A stretch of 64,000 nucleotides of DNA from a virus (lineage: Duplodnaviria > Caudoviricetes). Under the pieces are notes generated by a model. That model saw only the letters and a program-made list of their open reading frames with translations. It had not been told where the DNA came from and made no database searches. The stretch is taken from positions 1 to 64,000 of IMG/VR virus record IMGVR_UViG_3300033121_000954. One strand, written 5' to 3'. Position numbers and translations under genes: made by a program. The first letter of the stretch is position 1. Every line of letters starts with the position of its first letter. Shown here one piece after another: positions 37,319 through 46,666 of this stretch.

Positions 37319-38989
37319 TTACAGAGTATTAAGACCTTCTACATAGATTTTACCATAATATTCTGGGCGAAGCATACCTTTTGAGTACCTCGTGAGTACC
37401 CCCTTACGCGGAGTGAAGTTGTCGGGGTCTAATACCATCGGAGTCATCATGAGCGGGACATATGGTGCATAAAACGCACCCGTTTCCAACCAGTTACTAC
37501 CTCTAAAGCCCATCAAAATTACATTCTCTTTCATGTAAGGATTTTTCCATACTTGGAAGCGATTGTTAATTTGACCAATTTTCTGAGCGCCCATCGCGAA
37601 GGATGATTTATTACCGTCCGTATCGGCAGCATATCCGGGAATACTTTCCAAAATTGTTGCTACAAGCGGAGAACATACCAAGAAGTTTGCTCCACCACGA
37701 ACAGTTGCTTGGTGAATCCGGTTGCTCATTTTCTGAATCTTTGTACCAATCGTTTGGAACCAAGATTGTTGAGTGTATGCCGTCAAGTTTGCAGTTACTG
37801 GTGAAAATGCGCTTGAACCGTTAAATTCATAACCAATTCGCATTGACCAAGCATCAGTATGTTGTGCATCGTGTGTCAACATGTCCAAAATTTCCAAGTC
37901 AATTTCTTGTGCAATGTATTCGCCCAAAATACCAGTCAATTCAGCCTCTGCGTCAATATTCTGGTATGCGTTCAAATCTTGTGCAAATTCAGGTGTCCAT
38001 TTTGCTTTCAGTTTCCGAGTTTTTGCGACAATCGGGTCACTTCGCAGTTCAAGACTCAATTCTGGAATGTCCAGATTGGCATCAACATTTGAACCTGCCT
38101 GTGTCTTACCTGCTTCAAAATCACCACGAGTAATTGCAGTAGGCTGTTTATGATAGTTTACCACGATTCTATCAGCCGCTGCCAATGCAGAACCAGAAAT
38201 CAAAAATTGAATAGTTCCGGCGGATTTGTTATATTTCGTAAATTCTTGATAAACATCGTACACATATGAGTTTGTAGAATTTGAAAGTGTAAATCCGCGA
38301 ACCCCTACCGGGTCAAAACTTGAAATGGATGAGGTTGAAATCGTAACTTTATGAATAGATGAACCACCAACCAACAAGGATTGGCTAAATTCGCTATTAA
38401 AGTTGTAATCAACTGCACTTACAGAACCTGTAATAAACTGGGTTGAACTTACAGAACTATTAACACCCAATGCAGAACTGGAATAGTCGTTGATTGAATA
38501 ACCAAAACGACCCGGACCATACAGACCTTCTGTCGGAGTTGCCCAACCATAACTGGCAGCCGTCCCTTTATTGGAATCGCTTACACCAAATACACTATCG
38601 TTTTGTGAATCTTTACCAGCACCAGTGTTGAACCCGGGTTGACCAGTACCATATTTAATATCCAGCCAGAATACAAGACCCGAAGGCAGGTTCATCGGCT
38701 GAACACTAACAAATTCTTTTGCACTTACATCTGCAAAAATTCGGCGAATAAGGGGAAGCGCAATACCTGCCCATTCTTCGCTACCTGCCACAGTACCAGT
38801 TTGGTTTGCTTCGGTTACAAGTTGGCGGGCTTGGTTTTCAAGAAGTTGGGCCATATTGCCTTTTTCTGGACCTTGAAGACCTTCCAAAAGACCTGTACGT
38901 TCCCATTTTTTGGTCAACGCTTTTGCTGCATTACGCTGATTCATATATGCGTCTTTTGGCAAAAGGTTACCTAAATTGAAATTACTCAT
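37319..38989 (-). CDS. Major capsid protein (gp23-like)
   Basis: LLENQ, VQPMNLPSGLVF, KTRKLKA.WTPE.AQDL.AY, FYAPYVPL, FTPRKGVLTRY. Confidence 0.97.
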   Translation of the reverse strand: MSNFNLGNLLPKDAYMNQRNAAKALTKKWERTGLLEGLQGPEKGNMAQLLENQARQLVTEANQTGTVAGSEEWAGIALPLIRRIFADVSAKEFVSVQPMNLPSGLVFWLDIKYGTGQPGFNTGAGKDSQNDSVFGVSDSNKGTAASYGWATPTEGLYGPGRFGYSINDYSSSALGVNSSVSSTQFITGSVSAVDYNFNSEFSQSLLVGGSSIHKVTISTSSISSFDPVGVRGFTLSNSTNSYVYDVYQEFTKYNKSAGTIQFLISGSALAAADRIVVNYHKQPTAITRGDFEAGKTQAGSNVDANLDIPELSLELRSDPIVAKTRKLKAKWTPEFAQDLNAYQNIDAEAELTGILGEYIAQEIDLEILDMLTHDAQHTDAWSMRIGYEFNGSSAFSPVTANLTAYTQQSWFQTIGTKIQKMSNRIHQATVRGGANFLVCSPLVATILESIPGYAADTDGNKSSFAMGAQKIGQINNRFQVWKNPYMKENVILMGFRGSNWLETGAFYAPYVPLMMTPMVLDPDNFTPRKGVLTRYSKGMLRPEYYGKIYVEGLNTL

Positions 38990-39025
38990 TTATTCATTTT
39001 CTCCTGTGTTTTTTTGTTTTTTAAA

Positions 39026-39976
39026 TTACCACACAATCGGCTTGATACCAGCCAACTGTTGGAAACGGTTGATTGTCAACCCTTCATTGATATTTTGTTT
39101 TTCGCGATCTGTGCGAGTAGGATTTACTGCACGAACTGGGCGAGAAGATGCACCTTCGGTAATCTTCTTTTTTGCGATTGGCTTTTTATTGAACGATTCG
39201 GCGATAGTCGTATAGACCAATTTGACTTCTCGGACTGAATTACACCGATCAAAACTGTTAAGTACTCGTGTTTGTTGGGCTTCAGTGAGCGGATATTCGC
39301 GCACGGTACGAGTAATGAACATCAGTTTAGCATTGACTAAATTGACCTCGTTAATTGCCTTTTTCAATTCGGTGACTGCTTTGTATGCTTGGTTGTTTTC
39401 TCGGACAAGTTTTGCGTTTTCTTTCCGAAGCCGACGAACTTCTGTGTTCATTGTGCTGGAACTTGGCGAATCGGTGTATGCTCCACCATCATCGTTACAC
39501 TCTTCGTCCAGTTCTTCCATGTCTTCGCCGTCCAACTCATTCATAAGCAGTTCCATCAAATCATCGTCAGTCATGTCGTCGCCTTCATCCATCATTGGCT
39601 CTTCTTCAAAATCTTCGCCTTCCATTGTCATATCTTCTTCCGGAAATTCTTCTTCACCATCACCTTCAAGTTCACGAATCAACGCTTCAAGATTTAATTC
39701 ATCATCTTCTTCAGGTGCTTCATCTTCTTCAGGTGCTGGCTCGTCTTCCCCGTCACCAAAGCCAACGGCTGGTTCATCTTCTACTTCTGGCTCTTCGGTG
39801 TCAAATTCAATGTCGACTTCAAAGTCTTCATCTTCTTCTTGAAGTTTTGTAGAAATCATGCGTTGTAACGATGGTTGGAAGGTTTCTTCCAATGTAATTT
39901 TTGCGTTTGCCATTGCAGTCTTTTTCACTTCTTTTGCATGTGCAATTGCAGAGTTCAATAAATCTAATTTTGCCAT
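39026..39976 (-). CDS. Prohead core / scaffold protein (gp22-like)
   Basis: Highly acidic centre, EVNLVNAKL, RFQQLAGI; directly upstream of MCP. Confidence 0.85.
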   Translation of the reverse strand: MAKLDLLNSAIAHAKEVKKTAMANAKITLEETFQPSLQRMISTKLQEEDEDFEVDIEFDTEEPEVEDEPAVGFGDGEDEPAPEEDEAPEEDDELNLEALIRELEGDGEEEFPEEDMTMEGEDFEEEPMMDEGDDMTDDDLMELLMNELDGEDMEELDEECNDDGGAYTDSPSSSTMNTEVRRLRKENAKLVRENNQAYKAVTELKKAINEVNLVNAKLMFITRTVREYPLTEAQQTRVLNSFDRCNSVREVKLVYTTIAESFNKKPIAKKKITEGASSRPVRAVNPTRTDREKQNINEGLTINRFQQLAGIKPIVW

Positions 39977-40086
39977 TAATAAATTTCTCCTGGACTTGTA
40001 TAAATCTATTATAAAGATTTAATATAAAGTGGTTAGTTTCGGTATAGGATTGATTATTTGAAATCAATATTTAATATAAATATTAT

Positions 40087-40449
40087 TCATTTTTTAAAAA
40101 CCTGTTTTATCGCCATTTCAATTTTTTTATCCGCCTCCTGTAAGATGCGAATGACTTCAAGCGATAAGTTAGTTTTAATTTCTTCTAATTTGGTTTTCAA
40201 TCCGTCGGTAATTTCTGGCGACGATTGATCTCTGGTTGTTGCCGTGGCCTCATACGCACGAATTAGTTTATCCAACTGTGGCGGGAGTGGTTTCAATTTC
40301 ATTATTTTTGCCTCACCGCCTCCATATAAACTAATCTTCAATTCAACTTGCCCTTCCTTTCCGGGCTTCAGTTCAATCCCATCATTAAATCCCCCATTTG
40401 CGTAGGTTAATTCATATTTTAGGGTTTCATCCTTTTGTGGTTGTGCCAT
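40087..40449 (-). CDS. Hypothetical protein
   Basis: 120-aa ORF. Confidence 0.65.
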   Translation of the reverse strand: MAQPQKDETLKYELTYANGGFNDGIELKPGKEGQVELKISLYGGGEAKIMKLKPLPPQLDKLIRAYEATATTRDQSSPEITDGLKTKLEEIKTNLSLEVIRILQEADKKIEMAIKQVFKK

Positions 40450-40675
40450 CTTCCAAATCCTTTACAGATTGTATGTATTTTGCTTTCTCTCGTTGTAATC
40501 GTTTTGTTTTACTAACGGAGTCAAACCAACGTCGCTCATAACATTCAACCATCAAATTTGATTGTTTTGTTTGACGTTTTAGTGTACGAAGTGCAGCAAC
40601 TATGTCGCCATTTACTGCAATTGCGCCGGGTTTGCCGGGAATCATTGACTTGAATTTTTTTGAATCTGGGTGCAT
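40427..40675 (-). CDS. rpsU: Phage-encoded ribosomal protein bS21
   Basis: V.GDI..ALR.LKR..K.S.L..E..ERR.F...S..KR..R..A pattern; located in head module. Confidence 0.75.
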   Translation of the reverse strand: MHPDSKKFKSMIPGKPGAIAVNGDIVAALRTLKRQTKQSNLMVECYERRWFDSVSKTKRLQREKAKYIQSVKDLEDGTTTKG

Positions 40676-40676
40676 T

Positions 40677-41030
40677 TTAAAATTTAAGATATTCTTCTTC
40701 TTTTAACGTTTTTAAAAAATATTTTGCAAATTCTTTGCGTTCTTCTGGATTTAGTGGTAGATCACCAAACTCTTTTTTATATGCTGGTCGGACATAGAGT
40801 GTAAAATAGTTGCCCAGTGATTTAATTGCGCCAGATTCCTGAAACGTACCTTTGTCAATAAATTTCTGGAGCGACGGAACAAACGTTTTATGCAATATAT
40901 TATATAGCCGTGAGTCATTTTCAGCATACAATATTGCCTCTTTCACGGCATCATGGTCAATAGCAGCCTCGCGGAGTATTTGTTCCACTAATGGACGCAA
41001 TAAAGTTTTAATTCTTTGTGTATTTTTCAT
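40677..41030 (-). CDS. Leader-bearing protein
   Basis: MKNTQRIKTLLRPLVEQILRE then LYAENDSRLY domain. Confidence 0.7.
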   Translation of the reverse strand: MKNTQRIKTLLRPLVEQILREAAIDHDAVKEAILYAENDSRLYNILHKTFVPSLQKFIDKGTFQESGAIKSLGNYFTLYVRPAYKKEFGDLPLNPEERKEFAKYFLKTLKEEEYLKF

Positions 41031-41032
41031 TT

Positions 41033-41644
41033 TTATACCTCATAATATCTACTTAAACCAACTCCTATGTTTTCATAGCATGATTCAAGTCGTTGTTGTA
41101 AAATGTGCATTTCATTGCAAGTCTTTTCAAACATTTTATAATTTTCTCGGATTGTCTTAAAATCACGATTCATAGAAAGTGAATCAAAGTCAAATCCATT
41201 CTGTGTTTCGTTGATACTGAATCCTTCCGCAGATTCTATCAGCGAACCAACCGTCTTTGCAATTTCTTTCAATTTTTTAGAACGATATATTTCGTTTTTA
41301 AAACTTGAAAATTGCCGGAGTGATTCCAAAAAGGCATTTCGCTCTTCTTTAGAATATTTCAGTTCAGTTTCTATGAGATATTTTTTTAAATCATATTTTC
41401 GCATTTCAGTCAACCCTTTTGATTTAGCAAATGCTTTTGCACCATTTAAACTTGGATGTGATCCCCAGTCTTTAACTACATTGTTATCATTATCAATAAC
41501 ATATAAACTATATTTATCTTCATTTCCCGGATTTCTATGTGAACTTAAATCTCGCTTGGTCACAACAAATTCATTACCACCAGATGCTGGAGCACGGAAT
41601 AAAATTGATTTGTTAAGTATTTTTTTCATAGTTTTATGCAACAA
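41033..41644 (-). CDS. Hypothetical head-module protein
   Basis: Internal MRKYDLKKYLIE; C-terminal QQRLE..YE.IG..LSRYYEV. Confidence 0.7.
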   Translation of the reverse strand: MLHKTMKKILNKSILFRAPASGGNEFVVTKRDLSSHRNPGNEDKYSLYVIDNDNNVVKDWGSHPSLNGAKAFAKSKGLTEMRKYDLKKYLIETELKYSKEERNAFLESLRQFSSFKNEIYRSKKLKEIAKTVGSLIESAEGFSINETQNGFDFDSLSMNRDFKTIRENYKMFEKTCNEMHILQQRLESCYENIGVGLSRYYEV

Positions 41645-43353
41645 TTATTTGATAATTCACAAATTATATCTCGTATCAACGAATCAATTTTATTTGGTTG
41701 GGTTGTGGAAGATTTGTAATTTTCCCCAATTATCATATCCGCGTTGTGAGTGGATGGATCACTTACACAATCCGCCAAAGTTAGAAATTCAAAATCATCT
41801 TGTACTTCAACCAAATCATCTCCACCTTCCCGCAATGGAGTTACGCTGCCAAGTCCTCTACTTGATTGCCCAACTCGGTATCCCGCCAACAAAATTTCCT
41901 TTACGATATTACCGGATGGTGTATTAAGGATTTCAACATCACCACGAATTTCGTTTCCTTTCCAGTAAGCATCTTTTATTGCTTGGCAAACATTTTTCAA
42001 CGAAATTACATTTGCGTCATCCGAATTACCCGACCAAAATTGAGAATTCCCATCACGACAATAGATAATTCCATTGTCCACAGTTACACAATGTATTGTT
42101 CCGTTATAATTTACAGGTTCTACTTTTAAATATCTAAAATCAACATAAATTCCTTTAGATTGTTTAACCCATAGGCGATATAGAGGCTGTGTATTTTCTT
42201 TTTTTATAAGTCGTTCGCCAATTTTTCTATCGTTATTATGTTGAATTTTTATAACACCGGCATATCCAATTTTTAATAAAATTTCGTTTAAATCTTCTAT
42301 TAACTTTTTTGAAACAGTAAAAACCGACTTTCGGCGAGAGTAGCCAGTATGAACATCAGAGCCATCTCCTTTCATAAACCATTCAAACAACACTGATAGC
42401 AAACTACTTGATGCAGATTTTATATCTTCTGGAATAAATTTTGTATATTTGTTTCCAAGTGGCTTTAGATAATCGTATAATCGTTTATCAACAATAGAAA
42501 ATATTATATTATTTTTACGTTTTCGCTCTGTCCATTTTATTCCGGGCGACATATTTGACAACACCACGCGAAACTGTTCTGCACGAGCACCCTCATTTTG
42601 AGAAATTAGTATTTCGTAATTTCCGCGATTTTTTGTATTTCTAACACATCCTTCTGCTAAATAAAATCCTAAAAATGCAAAAAATGATTTGCTGTCAAGT
42701 ACTAAATTAGAATATTGGATTTTTCTATTTTCTGTTGTGCCTAAATAATCGGAGGTTCCGTCAATTTCCCACACATCGTGGTCTATTCCATTCCATGTGG
42801 ATGTTATTGGAATGTATCCATTTATAGATTTATTATTTTGACTGGCGGAGTATAATTCTTGAGCAGTGTATGTGACTAAATTTCCAGATGGTATTCTAAT
42901 ATGAAATTTATGATTTCCGGTGACAGTTGTATTAATATTTTTTCCATGTATATTAAACATACTGCCACTGTAATACTGATTCGTAATGGCGCTTGGATAT
43001 TGCCATTCCATATTTCCAGAAGATGGATTTAGTGTCGCAACCAAATCCGTTTCAATTGTGTCTTTTATATATTTCCAACCATTTTTAGTCAATATTTCCG
43101 TATTTTCCCAAAAACAAGTTGGATGGTCCAATTCTGAAAATGCTTTTTTTTCTCGTATTTTTTCAAAATATTCATTCAGTGCTTTATCAAGAATAGACCT
43201 GCTATAAATTCTTTTATTTCGGTTTGGAGTATCTGCGCGTTGCAACAAGACATTTCTAAGAATCAAACGACCGTCGTTACCATTCATTGATTCAATCAAT
43301 GTAGATTTCGGAACTTCAATATTTGAAATATGTTCTATAAGAAGTTGTTTCAT
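41626..43353 (-). CDS. Prohead protease (gp21-like) with intein
   Basis: NRNKRIY, ELDHP, ILNTPSG, SSRGLGS, VSDPST. Confidence 0.92.
   Translation of the reverse strand: MKQLLIEHISNIEVPKSTLIESMNGNDGRLILRNVLLQRADTPNRNKRIYSRSILDKALNEYFEKIREKKAFSELDHPTCFWENTEILTKNGWKYIKDTIETDLVATLNPSSGNMEWQYPSAITNQYYSGSMFNIHGKNINTTVTGNHKFHIRIPSGNLVTYTAQELYSASQNNKSINGYIPITSTWNGIDHDVWEIDGTSDYLGTTENRKIQYSNLVLDSKSFFAFLGFYLAEGCVRNTKNRGNYEILISQNEGARAEQFRVVLSNMSPGIKWTERKRKNNIIFSIVDKRLYDYLKPLGNKYTKFIPEDIKSASSSLLSVLFEWFMKGDGSDVHTGYSRRKSVFTVSKKLIEDLNEILLKIGYAGVIKIQHNNDRKIGERLIKKENTQPLYRLWVKQSKGIYVDFRYLKVEPVNYNGTIHCVTVDNGIIYCRDGNSQFWSGNSDDANVISLKNVCQAIKDAYWKGNEIRGDVEILNTPSGNIVKEILLAGYRVGQSSRGLGSVTPLREGGDDLVEVQDDFEFLTLADCVSDPSTHNADMIIGENYKSSTTQPNKIDSLIRDIICELSNNCCIKL
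42025..43116 (-). mobile_element. Contiguous 364-aa intein with LAGLIDADG endonuclease
   Basis: T/CFWENTEILT start; VTGNH; FLGFYLAEG and FMKGDG; CVTVDNG...WSGN/S end. Confidence 0.9.
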
Positions 43354-43583
43354 ATTTTTTTCAAATCCGTGTGAAATTGTTCTTCTAAATCATTCAATCT
43401 GCGTATATATGTATTAAGAAAATATTTCTGGTCAGAATTGATTCCTTTTATATTCCGCATCGTTTCCAGTTTACTAATTGCACCATAAAACAATTCAAAG
43501 AAGTTATCCATTTCATTATCGTAAACTGTGTTTTCGCTCAACATTACTTCCCGTATTATGGTTTTTAGTGACGAGGTATTCAT
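43350..43583 (-). CDS. Leader-bearing small protein
   Basis: MNTSSLKTIIREVMLSE. Confidence 0.65.
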   Translation of the reverse strand: MNTSSLKTIIREVMLSENTVYDNEMDNFFELFYGAISKLETMRNIKGINSDQKYFLNTYIRRLNDLEEQFHTDLKKI

Positions 43584-44053
43584 ACGTTCATCTCCCTAAT
43601 TTTATTTGATAATCTTAGCAGTCGTTCATTGATTTTAGTAAAATTGCGTAAAGTTCCTTTCCAGAATACTGTTTGATCCGCACCACTCTCAACTTTTAAC
43701 CGACTTGCATGATTTATCATCTGTTCAACTTCACGAAGTTTCGCATTTATCTGGATGATATGTTCGTTTATTTTAGTTCTTTCGGTTTTACTATCATCTC
43801 GTTTAAAATCTTTATAGTTTATTTCCGAAACTCTTGTATAAATATCATCTATTTGTTTAAAAAACCTATCCGTTAAATTTATAGGCTCCGTATAAGCGCC
43901 ATCGTCTTCTGGTTCAACAACTTTTTTATTAAATGCGTATGGTGTCTGTGGTTGCCCTTCTCCACCATCCAAATTACTTGTGGTGTTGTCTTCATCAATG
44001 GGAGAGAACCGCTCATTTAACTGCTCAATGATTGCCTTGAGGGAACTATTCAT
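43580..44053 (-). CDS. Leader-bearing head-module protein
   Basis: MNSSLKAIIEQLNE; TPYAF. Confidence 0.7.
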   Translation of the reverse strand: MNSSLKAIIEQLNERFSPIDEDNTTSNLDGGEGQPQTPYAFNKKVVEPEDDGAYTEPINLTDRFFKQIDDIYTRVSEINYKDFKRDDSKTERTKINEHIIQINAKLREVEQMINHASRLKVESGADQTVFWKGTLRNFTKINERLLRLSNKIREMNV

Positions 44054-44871
44054 TTTTGTATTTCCTCAATTAGTTCATAATATTTCAACATTCCACTCAA
44101 ATGTTCATCTTTAATGTGTTTTGCTGAAATGATGGTTTCGGTTAAATTTATTGCTTCTCTCAATTTAATTTTAGTCACATCATCATGCGTTTCATCTAAA
44201 TACGAGTTAATCTTGCTGACGATGTATTGAACCTCACTCATAATATACGATTTAAATTCCGTAGAATTATCATCTTCATTTATATATAAAGATAACAGTT
44301 TTTTCTGCCTCTGGTTCAATTGCTTATATCTATCGTTAAATTGCTCCACGATGTATCTAAACGTCAATCTACGCACATCCCCATCTTGTTCTCTCAATGC
44401 CCGCTCAATTTCAACATCTGTATTATCCACATCAACATTACCACTCAACTGTTCAGTTATGAATTTTTTACAATTCAAGTAATCAACTGGGTCGTTTACA
44501 TCTTCAAATAATTTATAAATTGAAGTTACCAGTTTGTAATTACTCAATCGCGATTCAAAAAATACCTTCAAGTCATAATGTTTTTTTAATGACTTTATCA
44601 GTTCGTATTTTTCGTGTTGCAATTTTTGCTCATTCAATCCTTTCCGACTCTGTATTGTCAATTCAATCAATTCCGCTGGATTGTGTTCTGACTTCATCAG
44701 CAATGCCTGATAGAGTTTAAGTTCTTTTAACAGTTCCGAGTCAGATTTGAAATATTTTTTGATGATCATCAACGCTGTTTGCTTAGGCGATGACCCAATT
44801 ACCTCGTGCATTACCGAACGAGATAATAATTCAAATAAAATACCAGTATTTTTAAATTTTTTATGCTTCAT
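44050..44871 (-). CDS. Conserved-looking head-module protein
   Basis: KHKKFKNTGILFELL; follows portal. Confidence 0.75.
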   Translation of the reverse strand: MKHKKFKNTGILFELLSRSVMHEVIGSSPKQTALMIIKKYFKSDSELLKELKLYQALLMKSEHNPAELIELTIQSRKGLNEQKLQHEKYELIKSLKKHYDLKVFFESRLSNYKLVTSIYKLFEDVNDPVDYLNCKKFITEQLSGNVDVDNTDVEIERALREQDGDVRRLTFRYIVEQFNDRYKQLNQRQKKLLSLYINEDDNSTEFKSYIMSEVQYIVSKINSYLDETHDDVTKIKLREAINLTETIISAKHIKDEHLSGMLKYYELIEEIQK

Positions 44872-46666
44872 TTATAACCTCGTCGTCAAATAGTTGATCT
44901 TCGCTTAATATATGTGCGGTTGGATTTCTTTTATTGAGCATTTTTAAAATTCGTTTGACTGATTCTGATTTAGCCATTTCCTTCCTTCCAGCCGGGTCAC
45001 TTCCAAAATCTTTATCTCTCGCAGTTTCAAACGAACTGGTGTGTTGATCGGGTCTTGCATTATTCACTCGTTCATCGGGTGTATAAAGTTTCTTTAAATC
45101 CTGTCCGTCCGTTGCTCTAAATTTGCTCGCTACTTGCATGGATGCAATGTCAAAAGGAGTACCCAATACCTTCCCAGTTTCTTGTGGATCATTGCCTTCA
45201 TCCTCAATTTGTTTTAACCGCAGCGCAAACTTTTTATCTTCAATAATTCGGTCAAGTTCTGCCTTCCAAACATCTTCAGTCAATCCAAATATATTTTCAT
45301 ATATATATTTGTTTGAAAATAAATTGTTTTCTTTGATACTTGCTACTAAATCCACTTTGGCAACCAGCACATCCGTCTTTTGTCGCTCAAATACTAAGGA
45401 TGGGTTGGTTAAAAATATCTCAAAATCAATTAGTTGTTCATCTTTAATGCCGTGAGTTTTTAGATGGATAATTGCAATTTTATACAGTTCAGAAACAAAT
45501 ATTTTTTGCAGTCGTTCAATAGTCCGTGCAAATCTCAAATCTAAACTGGCCAATCCAGATTTCGCGCTTCCTTCACCATCAGCACCGCCATATCCAAGAT
45601 ATTCTTTTGGAACTTTCAACCCAGCAAGTAATTTATTTTTCAGATATTCAACATCATCCAATTGTCCAGTGTTTTCAAGACCGGGCAATGTTTCAATCGT
45701 TGTTCCACTATCCCCACCTCTAACTGGCAAATAAATGTCTTCCATTTGCGACATCAGCGAAAATTTCACATTGTAATCGCCAGTGTTTGGATCAATATAT
45801 GGAGTTTTTTTAGTTTCTTGAATTATCTGCTCAACATGTGCATCAATTGCCGAGGGCGGCAAATTCCCAACATCAATTTTAAATAACCGACGTTCCGGAG
45901 AGCGCATGATTCTATGTAAAATCATCGCATCTTCCATCATCAGCAATGCTTTAAATGTCTTTCTACTGGAGTCAATGATAGATCGTCCGTATGGCAAAAA
46001 CATTTGATCGCCCATCAAACGAAAATGTGCTATTTCGTAGGCTTCAAAGTAGTTTTTACTTCTAAAATTATATTCTCCCTCATAACGAAATCTGGTTCTG
46101 GTTGGATCCTCCACAGTTCCTTCCTCTCTTATCATTAGACTTGGGTGGATTGGTACAACGTTCACAACCCCAAACTCCTCATCCAATTGCAAATACAAAA
46201 ACGCATCACCGTATTTACACATTGTCCTAATCCAACTCCACATATTAAATTCAATATTCAATATGTCGTAAAACAAATTATGTAGTAATTTTCTGATTTC
46301 ATCGTTTTCAGTTTTAATTACCAACAATTCGCCATCAATTGAAAGAGTCGTGGATTCCTCTGCATAAATATCTAAAACGCTGGAAATGATGTCGTTTGTG
46401 TCCATCATCTCATAATCCATATACATTGTACGACGTTGTGCTTCAATCTCTTCGTTTGTAAAACCACTACCATAACCAGTTACACCTGTGGTTGATCTAC
46501 CAGTCCGCCAACGTCCATTACCAGCAAGTGTGGATTGTGTTGTGCCCATTTGCTGCGATTTATTTACATCGTATGCTTTTAGACGACCGCCGGGCAATCG
46601 TTTTACAATAACATTTCGCGTAAATAATTTTGATAATATCTCTCTGTATGTACTCATAACAGCCAT
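44861..46666 (-). CDS. Portal protein (gp20-like)
   Basis: MEDAMILHRIMRSPERRLFKIDVGNLP, EDIYLPVRG, IETLPG, GLKVP. Confidence 0.95.
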   Translation of the reverse strand: MAVMSTYREILSKLFTRNVIVKRLPGGRLKAYDVNKSQQMGTTQSTLAGNGRWRTGRSTTGVTGYGSGFTNEEIEAQRRTMYMDYEMMDTNDIISSVLDIYAEESTTLSIDGELLVIKTENDEIRKLLHNLFYDILNIEFNMWSWIRTMCKYGDAFLYLQLDEEFGVVNVVPIHPSLMIREEGTVEDPTRTRFRYEGEYNFRSKNYFEAYEIAHFRLMGDQMFLPYGRSIIDSSRKTFKALLMMEDAMILHRIMRSPERRLFKIDVGNLPPSAIDAHVEQIIQETKKTPYIDPNTGDYNVKFSLMSQMEDIYLPVRGGDSGTTIETLPGLENTGQLDDVEYLKNKLLAGLKVPKEYLGYGGADGEGSAKSGLASLDLRFARTIERLQKIFVSELYKIAIIHLKTHGIKDEQLIDFEIFLTNPSLVFERQKTDVLVAKVDLVASIKENNLFSNKYIYENIFGLTEDVWKAELDRIIEDKKFALRLKQIEDEGNDPQETGKVLGTPFDIASMQVASKFRATDGQDLKKLYTPDERVNNARPDQHTSSFETARDKDFGSDPAGRKEMAKSESVKRILKMLNKRNPTAHILSEDQLFDDEVINEA

